From an uncultured Planctomycetota bacterium (GTDB taxonomy: Bacteria > Planctomycetota > CAYMFW01), in contig CAYMFW010000002.1 in the NCBI GenBank assembly GCA_964389785.1, positions 813-64,812 of the forward strand: a stretch of 64,000 bases of DNA, read 5' to 3'. How positions within the stretch are numbered: the stretch's first letter is position 1; every line of letters begins with the position of its first letter. The notes under the pieces were generated by a model that was given only the letters and a program-made list of their open reading frames with translations, did no database searches and was not told the origin of the DNA. The position numbers and the translations under genes were made by a program. Of this stretch, positions 36,201-43,904 are shown one piece after another.

Positions 36201-37652
36201 GACGACGCGCTGTGCGATTCCGGCGAGACGGTGATCGTGCGGCTGTCCGGCCCGGTCAGCGCCGCGCTCGGCACGGACGACTATCACACCTGCGAGCTGA
36301 ACGACGAGGACCTGGACGGGGACGGGCTGTCGGACGACTGGGAGAACGCGTATCTGGGCGGAACGGACGCCGGCCCGGATGACGATGGCGACAATGACGG
36401 GGCGTCGAACGGCGACGAGAGCGACGCGGGGTCCGACCCCTCCGATCCGGATACGGACGACGACGGCGTCTATGATGGAAGCGACGACTTCCCGACCGAC
36501 CCGGACGAACAGACGGACACGGACGGTGACGGCGTCGGCAACAACCTGGACACCGACGACGACAACGACGGCGTCGAGGACGGAGAGGACGCGTTCCCGA
36601 CGGACCCGGGCGAGCAGACGGACACGGACGGTGACGGCACCGGCAACAACGCGGACACGGACGACGACGATGACGGGGTCTCCGACGAACGGGAAGGAGA
36701 GATCGGAACGAATCCTCTCGATCCCGATACGGACGGGGACGGCACGATCGATTCCGGCGCTGGAACCGACTCCGACGGGGACGGCATCGTGGACGACGCG
36801 GACGACGAGGACCTGGTGCCGATAGAGGACTCCGACACGGACGGTGACGGCACGCCGAACCGCGACGACGAAGACGACGACGGCGACGGCATTCCGGACG
36901 TATCGGACGAATTCCCGTACGACACCGATAACGACGGCCTGCTGAACGGCGCCGACGACGACGACGACAACGACGGCATCGCGGACGCGATCGACGACTA
37001 CCCGATGGACACCGACAACGACGGGCTTGACAACGCCGCCGACGAGGACGACGACGGCGACGGAGTGGCCGACGTGATAGAAGCGGAGCTGGGAACCGAC
37101 CGGCTCATCGGCACGGGGGACGACGCTCCCGACATTGCGCTGCCGGAACCCGTGACGATCGATCCGACGATACCCGGCACCGTCACGTACGACTACTCCG
37201 GGCTCGAGGGCTACACGTGGGCCACGTCAATCCTGTTCGTGTACCGGGCCCAGGAGCTTACCGGGACGCTCGCCCCCATCGTCAGCATTCCGAAGCCGGA
37301 CGAAGACGCGGACGCGGACGTGCCCGGCGGCTACATGGTTGCCGGCGCCGTCTTCGACATAATCGGAGAGATAGCTTCGGGACAGACCGTCCTGCTCCCG
37401 CTTCCCCTGCCGGACGAGCTCAGGGACCGGGGCCTGACCGAAGAGGACGTTGTCGTGCAGATGTTCGACGGCGAAACGTGGCAGGACGAGGGAACGGTTA
37501 TCAGTGTCGCCGACGGCGTGGTGACGACGGAGGTCTCCCACTTCTCCCGCTGGAGAATCCTGGTGCCGGCACCCGCCGGTTCGAGCGGAGGCGGCGGCGG
37601 CTGTTTCCTGCGATCCGCCGGAGGGGCTTTCTTTTCCCGCAACCAGGACTGA
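30231..37652 (+). CDS. giant secreted adhesin-like protein: papain-like (C39-like) N-domain, Calx-beta domains, 12 tandem ~113-aa repeats, thrombospondin-type-3 Ca-binding repeats
   Basis: 2473 aa with a signal peptide. FDWSYGCSATSAAMMMGYYD (Cys) ... VAGHSMLGTGYD (His) form a papain-like pair. The Calx-beta pattern ..VTYATSDDTATEGNDYTEATGTLTW..G....F.V.I..D...E.NE.. appears at aa ~345-450 and twice near aa 1810-2020. The Asp-rich DTDGDGVGNNLDTDDDNDGV repeats span aa ~2030-2290. Confidence 0.85.
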   Translation: MGSRTIGRRVVVASCAFLAACALILFPSIVPGSFADEPADVPGIGSAARYLTGTFRDRNGKSIDRMVVPGRRPPKVKMAVASVPRGIVALGANGLADVPAFDWSYGCSATSAAMMMGYYDNLDYTNMYTGPTNGGVCPMNNSTWGDGECPLSATHQGYDGRGIKGHVDDYWVSYGSPATDPWVGSWAEHTLGDCTGDYMGTNQSELNNSDGSTTFYNYTDGEPLYDYTACEPDRRDGCHGMRLFAESRGYWVEENFSQYIYGYDDNTKGFTFADYQAEIDAGRPVVIQVAGHSMLGTGYDTDTSLVYLHDTWDHNSHSMTWAGEYSGMEHYGVAVIRLAPAAKLSVADVQVDEGAGTATVTVTMTGKSCLAVSVTYATSDDTATEGNDYTEATGTLTWSAGTNGDRTFSVTIAEDAVSEGNETVSITLSGAQNTLIEDGSAVLTILDNESPDMVVDPVSGLTTTEAGGTDTFTIVLDTKPSHDVTIPLSSSNPDEGTVSPASVTFTPGNWDTARTVTVTGVDDDADDDNVAYTVITGAATSSDAGYDGVDPDDVSVTNNDNDTAGITVSPTGGLQTTETLGIATFTIVLATAPTHNVTIALTTSDDTEGTVSPASVTFVPGEWNDPKTVTVTGVDDVQVDGPVGYNIETAAAVSDDAKYSGIDPDDVSVTNTDNDTPGITVTPTSGLTTTEAEGTATFTIVLHTQPTHDVTIALSSSNTDEGTVSPASVTLTSGNWDTPRTVTVTGVGEDIDDGDAAYTIVTAAAESDDLVYHGVNPDDVSVTNIDDDTAGVTVDPASGLTTTEAGAFDTCTIVLDSEPTADVTIPLSSSNADEGTVSPASVTFTSGNWDTAKTITVTGVGDSIDDGDVSYHIVTGAATSGDGKYSGMDAEDPSVTNTDDDTAGVTVSPTSGLVTSEASGGAGFTVVLTSEPTHDVTIPLSSSDATEGTVSPSSVTFTSADWDQAKPVSVQGVNDDVDDGNVGYTITIGPVTSDDATYAAIDPDDVSVVNNDDDTAGVTVAPVSGLVTSEGGATDSFTVVLTSEPTDDVTITFVSSDVTEGTVSPGAVTFTAGSWDEAVPITVTGVNDDMADGDVSYSILVAAGSADGTYAAIDPADVSVTNDDNDMPGITVTPSDGLVTSEGGGTAEFTITLNTRPGENVTISLDTSDSGEGIVSPASCTFTPGTWNNPKTVTVTGVNDDVDDGDAAYQVLTAATSGDPDYDGIDTLDASVTNTDDDTAGVTVTPTEGLTTTEAEGFAEFTVVLDSEPLDWVEITFGSSDYSEGWVAPDAIYFSPGDWSTPKTVCIVGVDDDVDEGDVTYTAIVDPAGSNDQTYHGIDPADVSVTNIDDDTAGLSISPTGGLVTTEAGGTATFVVTMASEPTSAVTIDLTSTDESEGRVSPTPLVFMAANWSKTHTVTITGQDDAVADGTVAFQVITDAAVSDDPLYSGTDLDDVDVTNDDNEVPGVTINPTGGLTTTEAGGFAEFSVSLGSEPAASVTVGFSVSDPSEGQVTPAEVIFTNQNWDTVRTVTVTGIDDDADDGDAGYSVVSGAVVSADPVYDGIDPSDVSVTNTDDDTAGITVTPTEGLVTTETGGTAAFTVVLTSRPGGDVTIGAVSSDLDEGTVSPSSLVFSDTTWDEPQTVTVTGVNDALIDGPVPFSVVLSPAVSADEGYDGIDPPDVAVTNADNDSPGITVSPVSGLVTTEAGGTATFSVVLNTMPTASVEVGLSSSDTGEGTVSPETVTITAAGWNVPAIVTVTGIDDAVDDGDIAFTIVTAAAVSADGDYDGRDPSDVDVTNADDDELPTISFDAPSSRSPESDSFPALTVSLSAAYALPVTVECAVTGGTADEGTDFVLPGGTLTFAPGETVATVPLTVTDDAFDEPDETLEIAIFDPVNAALGATRSHTCTLGDDDDVPTVQFHSPISEADEACGTAHINVTLSSVSGKTVTVAYSAAGGTAEAGADYVLNGGALSFAPGETTAGISLTVTDDALCDSGETVIVRLSGPVSAALGTDDYHTCELNDEDLDGDGLSDDWENAYLGGTDAGPDDDGDNDGASNGDESDAGSDPSDPDTDDDGVYDGSDDFPTDPDEQTDTDGDGVGNNLDTDDDNDGVEDGEDAFPTDPGEQTDTDGDGTGNNADTDDDDDGVSDEREGEIGTNPLDPDTDGDGTIDSGAGTDSDGDGIVDDADDEDLVPIEDSDTDGDGTPNRDDEDDDGDGIPDVSDEFPYDTDNDGLLNGADDDDDNDGIADAIDDYPMDTDNDGLDNAADEDDDGDGVADVIEAELGTDRLIGTGDDAPDIALPEPVTIDPTIPGTVTYDYSGLEGYTWATSILFVYRAQELTGTLAPIVSIPKPDEDADADVPGGYMVAGAVFDIIGEIASGQTVLLPLPLPDELRDRGLTEEDVVVQMFDGETWQDEGTVISVADGVVTTEVSHFSRWRILVPAPAGSSGGGGGCFLRSAGGAFFSRNQD
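31581..35642 (+). repeat. 12 tandem coding repeats (~339 bp / ~113 aa each) inside the giant gene
   Basis: The unit is (P/A)G(I/V)TV.P..GL.T(T/S)E.GG.A.F...L...P...V.I.L.SSD..EG.VSP..V.F....W...(K/R)TVTVTG(V/I)(D/N)D...DG...Y.(I/V)......S.D..Y.G.DP.DV.VTN.D(D/N)D. I counted 12 consecutive units in the translation. Confidence 0.9.
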
Positions 37653-37662
37653 CACACCGGAA

Positions 37663-39372
37663 ATGAACAGCAACGCGACTGCAGATCGGTCCCCGTCACA
37701 GTCGATTCACCTCCTCATCCTCTGCCTCATTCTGATCGTGTACATGGCCGCCTCCCGGGCCGCCCTGATGTCGTCACCGTGGATGCCCCGGATGATCCTG
37801 GTGATGGCTCTTGTCGTCGCGGCGCTGGGCGCCGCGGCCCTGCTGAGCTTCCGGAGAACGCTCGCGGAACGGGTGGACGCCTGGATCCGACACCCGTCCC
37901 CCCTGCCGGTGCTGCTGCTCGCCCCCTGCGTGCTCGTCGCGGCGCGTGTGGCCCCGACGATCACGCTGCGCGCGTGTCTGACCCTGGGGATCTGGGCGGC
38001 GTTCGCGCGGGGGTATCTTTCCTTCGGGTCCCGCGGCACCCGCGCGGCCTGGCTGGCCGTTCTCGCGCTGGCGGTGCTGGTCCGCGTCGCCCTCATCGCG
38101 GGGCTCCCCCGGCCGCTGTGGTATCCGGACACGCCGTCGTACCTGGCCGGGGTGGACGAGTATCTCTCCGGCGGCCCCCTCACCTTCAACCCGCATCGAA
38201 TGCCCGGCTATTCCATCTACGCCCTCGTTCTCCTGCGCCTGGGCGGATACCCCGGGTATCCGCTGCTCTCTCACGCGCTGACTCTCGGGATCGCCTGGGC
38301 GGCCGGCCGGGTGGTGCGCCGCACGGATGGTGAGACGGCCGGCTGGCTGGTCTTCACCGCCCTCGCGCTCTCTCCCCACGCGGTGATATATGCCCATTCA
38401 CTGCTCAGCGAGGCGCTCTTCATCCCTCTGATTGCGGTCTACGCCCTTCTCGTCCGGACGCAGTTTGCCGATCGTGAGATCGAGAAGCCGCTTCACCGGC
38501 TCCTCGGCGCGGCAGGTCTCGGGCTGGTCACCGCGGCGGCCGTCCTCACCCGGCCGGGCGCGATCCTTCTCATCCCCGTCGGCGCGGGAGCGGCACTGCT
38601 TCGCCGCTGGCGGTGGCCCCGCCTGGCGGTCCTGATCGCGACGGCGTCGATCCCCGTCCTTCTGTGGATGGCGCACCAGAAGCAGGAGCACGGCGTGTTC
38701 CGTCTGACGGCGGCCGGCAGCTACGCCCTCTTCGGCACCACCGCACATCTCATCGAGAGCGATTCCCCGGGACACGAAGAGCTGAAGGCGGAGATGCGGG
38801 ACGCCATCGCCGCGCACAACGCCGCGCATTCCTGCTGGGCCCCCGATTACGAGTGGCTGCTCTACCAGGGGCCGCTGAAGAACCCGGCGTTCGAGTCGCT
38901 CTCCCCCCGGGAGCAGGACCGGGCCCTCTTCGACGTGGCCGTGCAGGCCCTCCGGCGCCATCCGTTCCGCTATATCCAGCGCTCCCTCTTTCCCCTCTGG
39001 CGCTTCCTCATTCAGCCGACGAATATCCAGGTGCTGGCCCTTCACGCGTACGCCCCCGGCGAGAATCTCTTTTTCGAGATCGCCGCGCACCAGATGACGC
39101 GCGGCTACTCCCTGTTCCCGCTGGAGCTTTTCGAACACTGGCTGCTCGCGATCGCCGCCGCGGCCATCGCCCTGCGCACCGGCCGGGAGCGCGGGCCGCT
39201 GCTGACGCTCGCCGCCGCCGCGTTCGGCTTCGTGATCCTGTCATGCGCGCTGAACACCGCCGTGACCCGCTACCAGCTCCAGTGGTTTCCCCTGCTGCTC
39301 GTCGCCTTCGCGGTGCTCGCCGGGGACTGGAGCGGGCATCGTTGCATTTCCGACGACGCGCGCCTAGAATGA
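37663..39372 (+). CDS. polytopic membrane protein, GT-C-fold (ArnT/PMT_2-like) glycosyltransferase candidate
   Basis: 569 aa, starting 10 nt after the giant gene. It has at least 10 predicted hydrophobic helices, an early loop ..LWYPDTPSYL.. and a large later soluble loop, which is the general architecture of GT-C enzymes. No catalytic motif was verified. Confidence 0.5.
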   Translation: MNSNATADRSPSQSIHLLILCLILIVYMAASRAALMSSPWMPRMILVMALVVAALGAAALLSFRRTLAERVDAWIRHPSPLPVLLLAPCVLVAARVAPTITLRACLTLGIWAAFARGYLSFGSRGTRAAWLAVLALAVLVRVALIAGLPRPLWYPDTPSYLAGVDEYLSGGPLTFNPHRMPGYSIYALVLLRLGGYPGYPLLSHALTLGIAWAAGRVVRRTDGETAGWLVFTALALSPHAVIYAHSLLSEALFIPLIAVYALLVRTQFADREIEKPLHRLLGAAGLGLVTAAAVLTRPGAILLIPVGAGAALLRRWRWPRLAVLIATASIPVLLWMAHQKQEHGVFRLTAAGSYALFGTTAHLIESDSPGHEELKAEMRDAIAAHNAAHSCWAPDYEWLLYQGPLKNPAFESLSPREQDRALFDVAVQALRRHPFRYIQRSLFPLWRFLIQPTNIQVLALHAYAPGENLFFEIAAHQMTRGYSLFPLELFEHWLLAIAAAAIALRTGRERGPLLTLAAAAFGFVILSCALNTAVTRYQLQWFPLLLVAFAVLAGDWSGHRCISDDARLE

Positions 39373-39379
39373 AGCGCAT

Positions 39380-40327
39380 ATGTCGCTGACATCTCCCATT
39401 CACTACGACTCGTTCGACAGCATCACGCTCGGCACCGAGTGCCGGTACCTGGTGTACCTGCCCCCGGCGTACGAGGCCGAGCCGGACCGGCGCTTCCCGG
39501 TGGTCTTCTGGCTACACGGGGCCAACGGCCGGCCGCCGGCCGCGCTTCCCATGATGCTTCGGCTGGAGCTGGAGATCGCCCGCGGCACCGCCCCGCAGAT
39601 GATAGTCATCTCGCCCGACGGCCTGGGAAACACATGGTGGTGCGACACGAAGGACGGCGCCCGCCCGGCCGAGACGGTGCTGGTGAGGGAGCTGGTGCCC
39701 CGCGTGGACGCGACGTGGCGCACGACAGGCGCACGGGACGGGCGCGCGATAGAGGGCTTCTCGATGGGCGGCTTCGGGGCCGCGCATATCGCGTTCAAGT
39801 ATCCGGAGCTCTTCCGCGCGGTGTCCATCGCAAGCGGGGCGCTCCACACGCCGGAGCAGGTCCGCAAGGAACGGGCGGGGCGTTTCGTGGAGGTCTTCGG
39901 CGGCGACATGGACTACTGCACGGCGGAGTCGCCCTGGACGCTCGCGGAGAAGAACGCGGACACGATACGGGAACGGCTCGCGATACGCATCAGCGTCGGG
40001 CAGGACGACGAGCTCCGCCCCAAGAACGAGGCCCTCAGCATGCTGCTGTCCGACCTCGACATCGAATACACGTTCGGGCTTGTCGAGAGCGAGGAGCACA
40101 AGCTCGGCCAGCTGTACGAACGCATCGAGGACCCGTTCTCCTTCTACGCGGAGGTCTTCGCGGCGCACGCGGGGGAGATCGAGCCGGCACGGAACACCCG
40201 GATGCTGGGGAATTTCACGGACCGCCTGCGGGACGGCATGCGCGACGGGAGCCTGCACAACGACGCCGCGGGAGTCGAGGCGGTCAACTCACTCGTCGAG
40301 GAATTCAGACAGTCACTCGAATTCTGA
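39380..40327 (+). CDS. alpha/beta-hydrolase 'putative esterase' family (esterase D / feruloyl-esterase-like)
   Basis: ..YLVYLPPAYEAEPDRRFPVVFWLHG.. and the nucleophile elbow GFSMGG are typical of the PF00756-type esterases. Confidence 0.75.
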   Translation: MSLTSPIHYDSFDSITLGTECRYLVYLPPAYEAEPDRRFPVVFWLHGANGRPPAALPMMLRLELEIARGTAPQMIVISPDGLGNTWWCDTKDGARPAETVLVRELVPRVDATWRTTGARDGRAIEGFSMGGFGAAHIAFKYPELFRAVSIASGALHTPEQVRKERAGRFVEVFGGDMDYCTAESPWTLAEKNADTIRERLAIRISVGQDDELRPKNEALSMLLSDLDIEYTFGLVESEEHKLGQLYERIEDPFSFYAEVFAAHAGEIEPARNTRMLGNFTDRLRDGMRDGSLHNDAAGVEAVNSLVEEFRQSLEF

Positions 40328-40336
40328 GGAGGAGAC

Positions 40337-42259
40337 ATGTCGTACGGACACATGCTGAGGTGCTGGATATTCGTTCTCGCCTGCACCGCCGCATTCGCCG
40401 GAGCGGCTCCGGACAGGGTCGTCATCGAGGACTTCGAGGAAGAGAAGCCGCCCCTGTCGCCGAACCAGGACGGCGGGACGCCGCCTGCGTTTTCGATCGC
40501 CGACAGGGACGCGAAGAGCGGAAAGAAGTGCCTCCGGCTCGAGTACCGCAATCCAGACAAGGGCTACGGCAACCTCCGGATGCCGGTCTGGCTCTCCGGG
40601 GCCGAGGAGGCGGTGGAGCTGTGGGTCCGGCGCGAGAAGGCGGAAGGGAAGGCGACGCTTCATATATGGCTCTTCGAGGAGGACGGCGACGCGTGGCTCT
40701 CCCCGGGCACCGCGCTGACAACGCTCCAGAAGGGCTGGCAGGCCGTCCGCCTGAAGCTCTCCGATTTCAGGTACGACCCCCGTGGGGACAAGGTGAAGAG
40801 CATCGGCAGCGTCAGCAGGATGCTTCTCGGCTGTAACTACGCGGACTTCGTGATATTCGTCGACGGCATCACGTTCGTCGGCAAGGACCTCGTCGCAGGG
40901 AGGAAGAAGACGATGGAAGAGGTGGAGATCTCGTGCGAGGTGGACTCGAAAACGACGCTCTGCAGTGACTTCATCGGCATCGGCGCGGAGTGGAACCCGT
41001 ACGTGTGGCTGGACGTTCCCGAGGAGCACTGGAAATCGATAGAAGAGCGCATCCGCTGGATGAAGCTGCCGGCGGCCCGCATCCTGATGCTCGCCAGGTG
41101 GTGCGTGCGGGAAGGCGGCACGTTCGACTGGGAGAGCCGCGAGATGAAGATACTCTACCGGCACCTGGATATCTGCCAGAAGGAAGGCATCACCGTGTTC
41201 CTCACCGACTGGGGGTGCGTGCGCGACTGGGTGAAGGCCCCCGGCATCGCGAACACGGCCGACCCGAAGTACGCCGGGACGATCGGCGCGTACCTGGACC
41301 ACCTGATCAACAAGAAGGGATATTCGTGCATCAGGTACTTCATCCTGGTCAACGAGCCGAACTGCGAGGCCGGCGGCTACGAGGACTGGAAGAAGGGCGT
41401 GCTGAACGTCGCGAAGGAATTGAAGGCGAGAAAGCTCGATGGGCACGTGACGATCGCCGGCTCCGACGCGAGCCAGGTGGACGGCACGTGGCACCGGAAC
41501 GCGGTGGACCAGCTCCAGGGGACGCTCGGGGCGTACGACCTGCACCTCTACGCCGGAGACGGCGAGGTGAAGGCGGGCCGGCTGGAGGGCCGGTGGCAGA
41601 ACCTGTGGGGATACGCGCTGGCGAAGGACCCGAAGGCGAAGGGCAAGCGCTTCGTCGTCGGCGAGGCGGGGCTGAACGACGGCGCGGTCCATCCGCGGGG
41701 AAACAACAACATCGACAGCTACCACTACGGGATATTCATGGCGGACTACGCGGTGCAGGCCGTTCGCGCGGGGAGCCATGCGGTGCTGGCGTGGATGCTC
41801 TGCGACAACTCCCACAAGGGCTTCTTCTGGGGCTGCTGGTCGAACAGCGAGAAGGGGCTGGAGCTCCGCCCGTGGTTCTACACCTGGTCGCTGCTCTCCC
41901 GGTATATCCCGCCCGGCTCGACCATCCACGCCGTGAAGCAGACCTCGTCCGCGCCGCCGGCGCACCCGGCGCAGGTGCGCATCCTCGCGGCCAAGGCCCC
42001 CGACGCGGGCGGGAAGAAAGGCGGCTGGACGTTCTGCGTCGTCAACCGCGACACCCGCCGGGAGGCCTCCGTGACGCTTCGCGTTCCCGGCGCGGGAACC
42101 GCGAAGCTCGCGCGCTACGTGTACAGGGAGAAGGTCCGGCGGACGGACACGCGCGGGTTCCCCGTCTCCGAGGCAACGGAGAGCGCCGACCTGACGAAGG
42201 GGCACGCGGTGACGTGCCCGAAGAACGCGGTGGTGATACTCACGTCGGTGGAACGATGA
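40337..42259 (+). CDS. secreted glycoside hydrolase: N-terminal CBM11/CIA30-like jelly-roll plus clan GH-A catalytic domain
   Basis: GAGGAGGAG RBS and a signal peptide. The N-terminal ..VVIEDFEEE...LRLEY...W..V.L.LSDF.. module is followed by LVNEPN (acid/base) and VVGEAG (nucleophile) in a (beta/alpha)8-like pattern. Confidence 0.65.
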   Translation: MSYGHMLRCWIFVLACTAAFAGAAPDRVVIEDFEEEKPPLSPNQDGGTPPAFSIADRDAKSGKKCLRLEYRNPDKGYGNLRMPVWLSGAEEAVELWVRREKAEGKATLHIWLFEEDGDAWLSPGTALTTLQKGWQAVRLKLSDFRYDPRGDKVKSIGSVSRMLLGCNYADFVIFVDGITFVGKDLVAGRKKTMEEVEISCEVDSKTTLCSDFIGIGAEWNPYVWLDVPEEHWKSIEERIRWMKLPAARILMLARWCVREGGTFDWESREMKILYRHLDICQKEGITVFLTDWGCVRDWVKAPGIANTADPKYAGTIGAYLDHLINKKGYSCIRYFILVNEPNCEAGGYEDWKKGVLNVAKELKARKLDGHVTIAGSDASQVDGTWHRNAVDQLQGTLGAYDLHLYAGDGEVKAGRLEGRWQNLWGYALAKDPKAKGKRFVVGEAGLNDGAVHPRGNNNIDSYHYGIFMADYAVQAVRAGSHAVLAWMLCDNSHKGFFWGCWSNSEKGLELRPWFYTWSLLSRYIPPGSTIHAVKQTSSAPPAHPAQVRILAAKAPDAGGKKGGWTFCVVNRDTRREASVTLRVPGAGTAKLARYVYREKVRRTDTRGFPVSEATESADLTKGHAVTCPKNAVVILTSVER

Positions 42260-42275
42260 GGTGCCGGGGAAGAAG

Positions 42276-43904
42276 ATGAAGTACCTGTTCCTGATCACCG
42301 CCGCGGCGCTCGCCGCCTTCGGCGCGGCGCTGTACCTCACCGAGCCGCAGGCCCGGAGCGAGGTGCCGGTGATCTACTGGGTGATCGACCCGGCCCCCGC
42401 GCGCCCGGAGCAGATCGCGCTGTACCACCGGTGGCTCATCAAGCACGGCCACGGAGAAAAATATGACATCACCACGATGGCGGAGCTGGATGTGTTCCGC
42501 CGGAAGAAGTGGACCCCCGCCGTGCGGGACGCCATAGAGAAGGGCAACCCGGACGGACCGAAGGTGTGGGACGCCCGCACGAACGCGGCCGACCTGCCGC
42601 TCAGCGTTACCGCCCCCGGCGCGGAGATGCGGGTGGACGCATCGAGCAACGACCTGAGCAAGAAGCTGATACAGGGCGTCTCCGGCGTCGCCGGGGACGT
42701 GCTCGAGGCGTATAACGGCGGGCAGCAGATGCAGTACTTCGCCGCGGCCGGGATGCTGGCCGACGTCACCGAGAGCGCGAAGAAGTACGGATTCGAGCCG
42801 GAGAAGACGTACGAGGCGCTCCGGCCGGCGCTCTTCTTCGAGGGGCGGCAGTACGCCTTCCCGCGCAACCCGGCTCAGACCATGTACTGGGTGAACAAGG
42901 CGACCTTCGAGAAGCACCAACAGCCGCTTCCCCCCTCCCGGTGGACGATCGAGGAGTTCGAGAAGCGCGGGAGGGAATTCGTGAAGGCGGCGAACCCGCC
43001 GGGCGCGCGGCGCAGGGTGTTCTTCGCCGACCGGGCGTTCGTCGTTGAGCTGCGCCGGGGCCTGGGGCTTTCGATGTTCAACGAGACGCTCACCCGGTGC
43101 ACGCTGGACGATCCGCGCAACGCCCGGGTGATGCGCCTGATCCACCAGTGGACGTACCAGGACCGGATACTCCCCAGCGCCGCCGATATGGCCGCGTTCG
43201 ACACCGAGGGCGGCTGGGGAGGGAAGTCGTTCCAGCTCTTCAAGAACGGGCAGTTCGCCATGTTCGCGAGCGGGCGCTGGGCGCTGATGCTCTTCCGCAA
43301 ATTCGGCGAGATGCAGCTCGCGGTCGCGGAGCCCCCCCACACCGGCATGCCGAACACCATACTGTCGGGCGGGCAGTCCACCGTGTTCCGGGGGTCGCGC
43401 CACCGGAAGTACGCGGAGCTCTTCCTGGCGTACATGGCCGACGAGGACTACAACATGCAGATCGTGCGCGACGGAGACGCCCTGCCGCCCAATCCCAAGT
43501 ACACCGACAGCGAGCTGTTCAGGCGCCCGCCGGACCATCCCAACGAATGGGGATGCCACGAGCCGTGGGCGAAGGCGGCGCACGAGATAGGCACCGTGGC
43601 CAGCTTCAGTCCGTTCGTGCTCCCCGTCGTCGCCGCCCGGTACGACGGAGTGTCACAGCAGGAGGTGATGAACGACCGCGCCACGGCGGAGGAGGCGGGA
43701 AAGACAGCCGCGGACCGGATCAACGGGGAGATACGGCGCACCCTCGCGGAAAGCGCGGAGCTGAGGAAGAGATACGCGGAGCTCACCGGCCTGCAGGAGA
43801 AGATCGACGCGTACCGCGCGGAGGGCCGGAAGGTCCCTCTGGACTGGATAAGGAACCCGTTCCACCGCAGGTGGTATCTGGAGAAGGGATGGGTGGCACA
43901 ATGA
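42276..43904 (+). CDS. ABC transporter extracellular solute-binding protein (sugar, family 1-like, long form)
   Basis: MKYLFLITAAALAAFGAALYL is the anchor (an alternative GTG start is at 42261). ..FPRNPAQTMYWVNKATFEK.., ..LFKNGQFAMFASGRWAL.. are typical of sugar SBPs. Confidence 0.7.
   Translation: MKYLFLITAAALAAFGAALYLTEPQARSEVPVIYWVIDPAPARPEQIALYHRWLIKHGHGEKYDITTMAELDVFRRKKWTPAVRDAIEKGNPDGPKVWDARTNAADLPLSVTAPGAEMRVDASSNDLSKKLIQGVSGVAGDVLEAYNGGQQMQYFAAAGMLADVTESAKKYGFEPEKTYEALRPALFFEGRQYAFPRNPAQTMYWVNKATFEKHQQPLPPSRWTIEEFEKRGREFVKAANPPGARRRVFFADRAFVVELRRGLGLSMFNETLTRCTLDDPRNARVMRLIHQWTYQDRILPSAADMAAFDTEGGWGGKSFQLFKNGQFAMFASGRWALMLFRKFGEMQLAVAEPPHTGMPNTILSGGQSTVFRGSRHRKYAELFLAYMADEDYNMQIVRDGDALPPNPKYTDSELFRRPPDHPNEWGCHEPWAKAAHEIGTVASFSPFVLPVVAARYDGVSQQEVMNDRATAEEAGKTAADRINGEIRRTLAESAELRKRYAELTGLQEKIDAYRAEGRKVPLDWIRNPFHRRWYLEKGWVAQ

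Noticed and set aside
30231-37652. A diversity-generating retroelement or phase-variation target, considered because of the repeats in the giant gene.
   Set aside because: The window has no reverse transcriptase, template repeat, invertase or homopolymeric/SSR tract. Divergence between repeats is spread over all codon positions rather than being adenine-specific.
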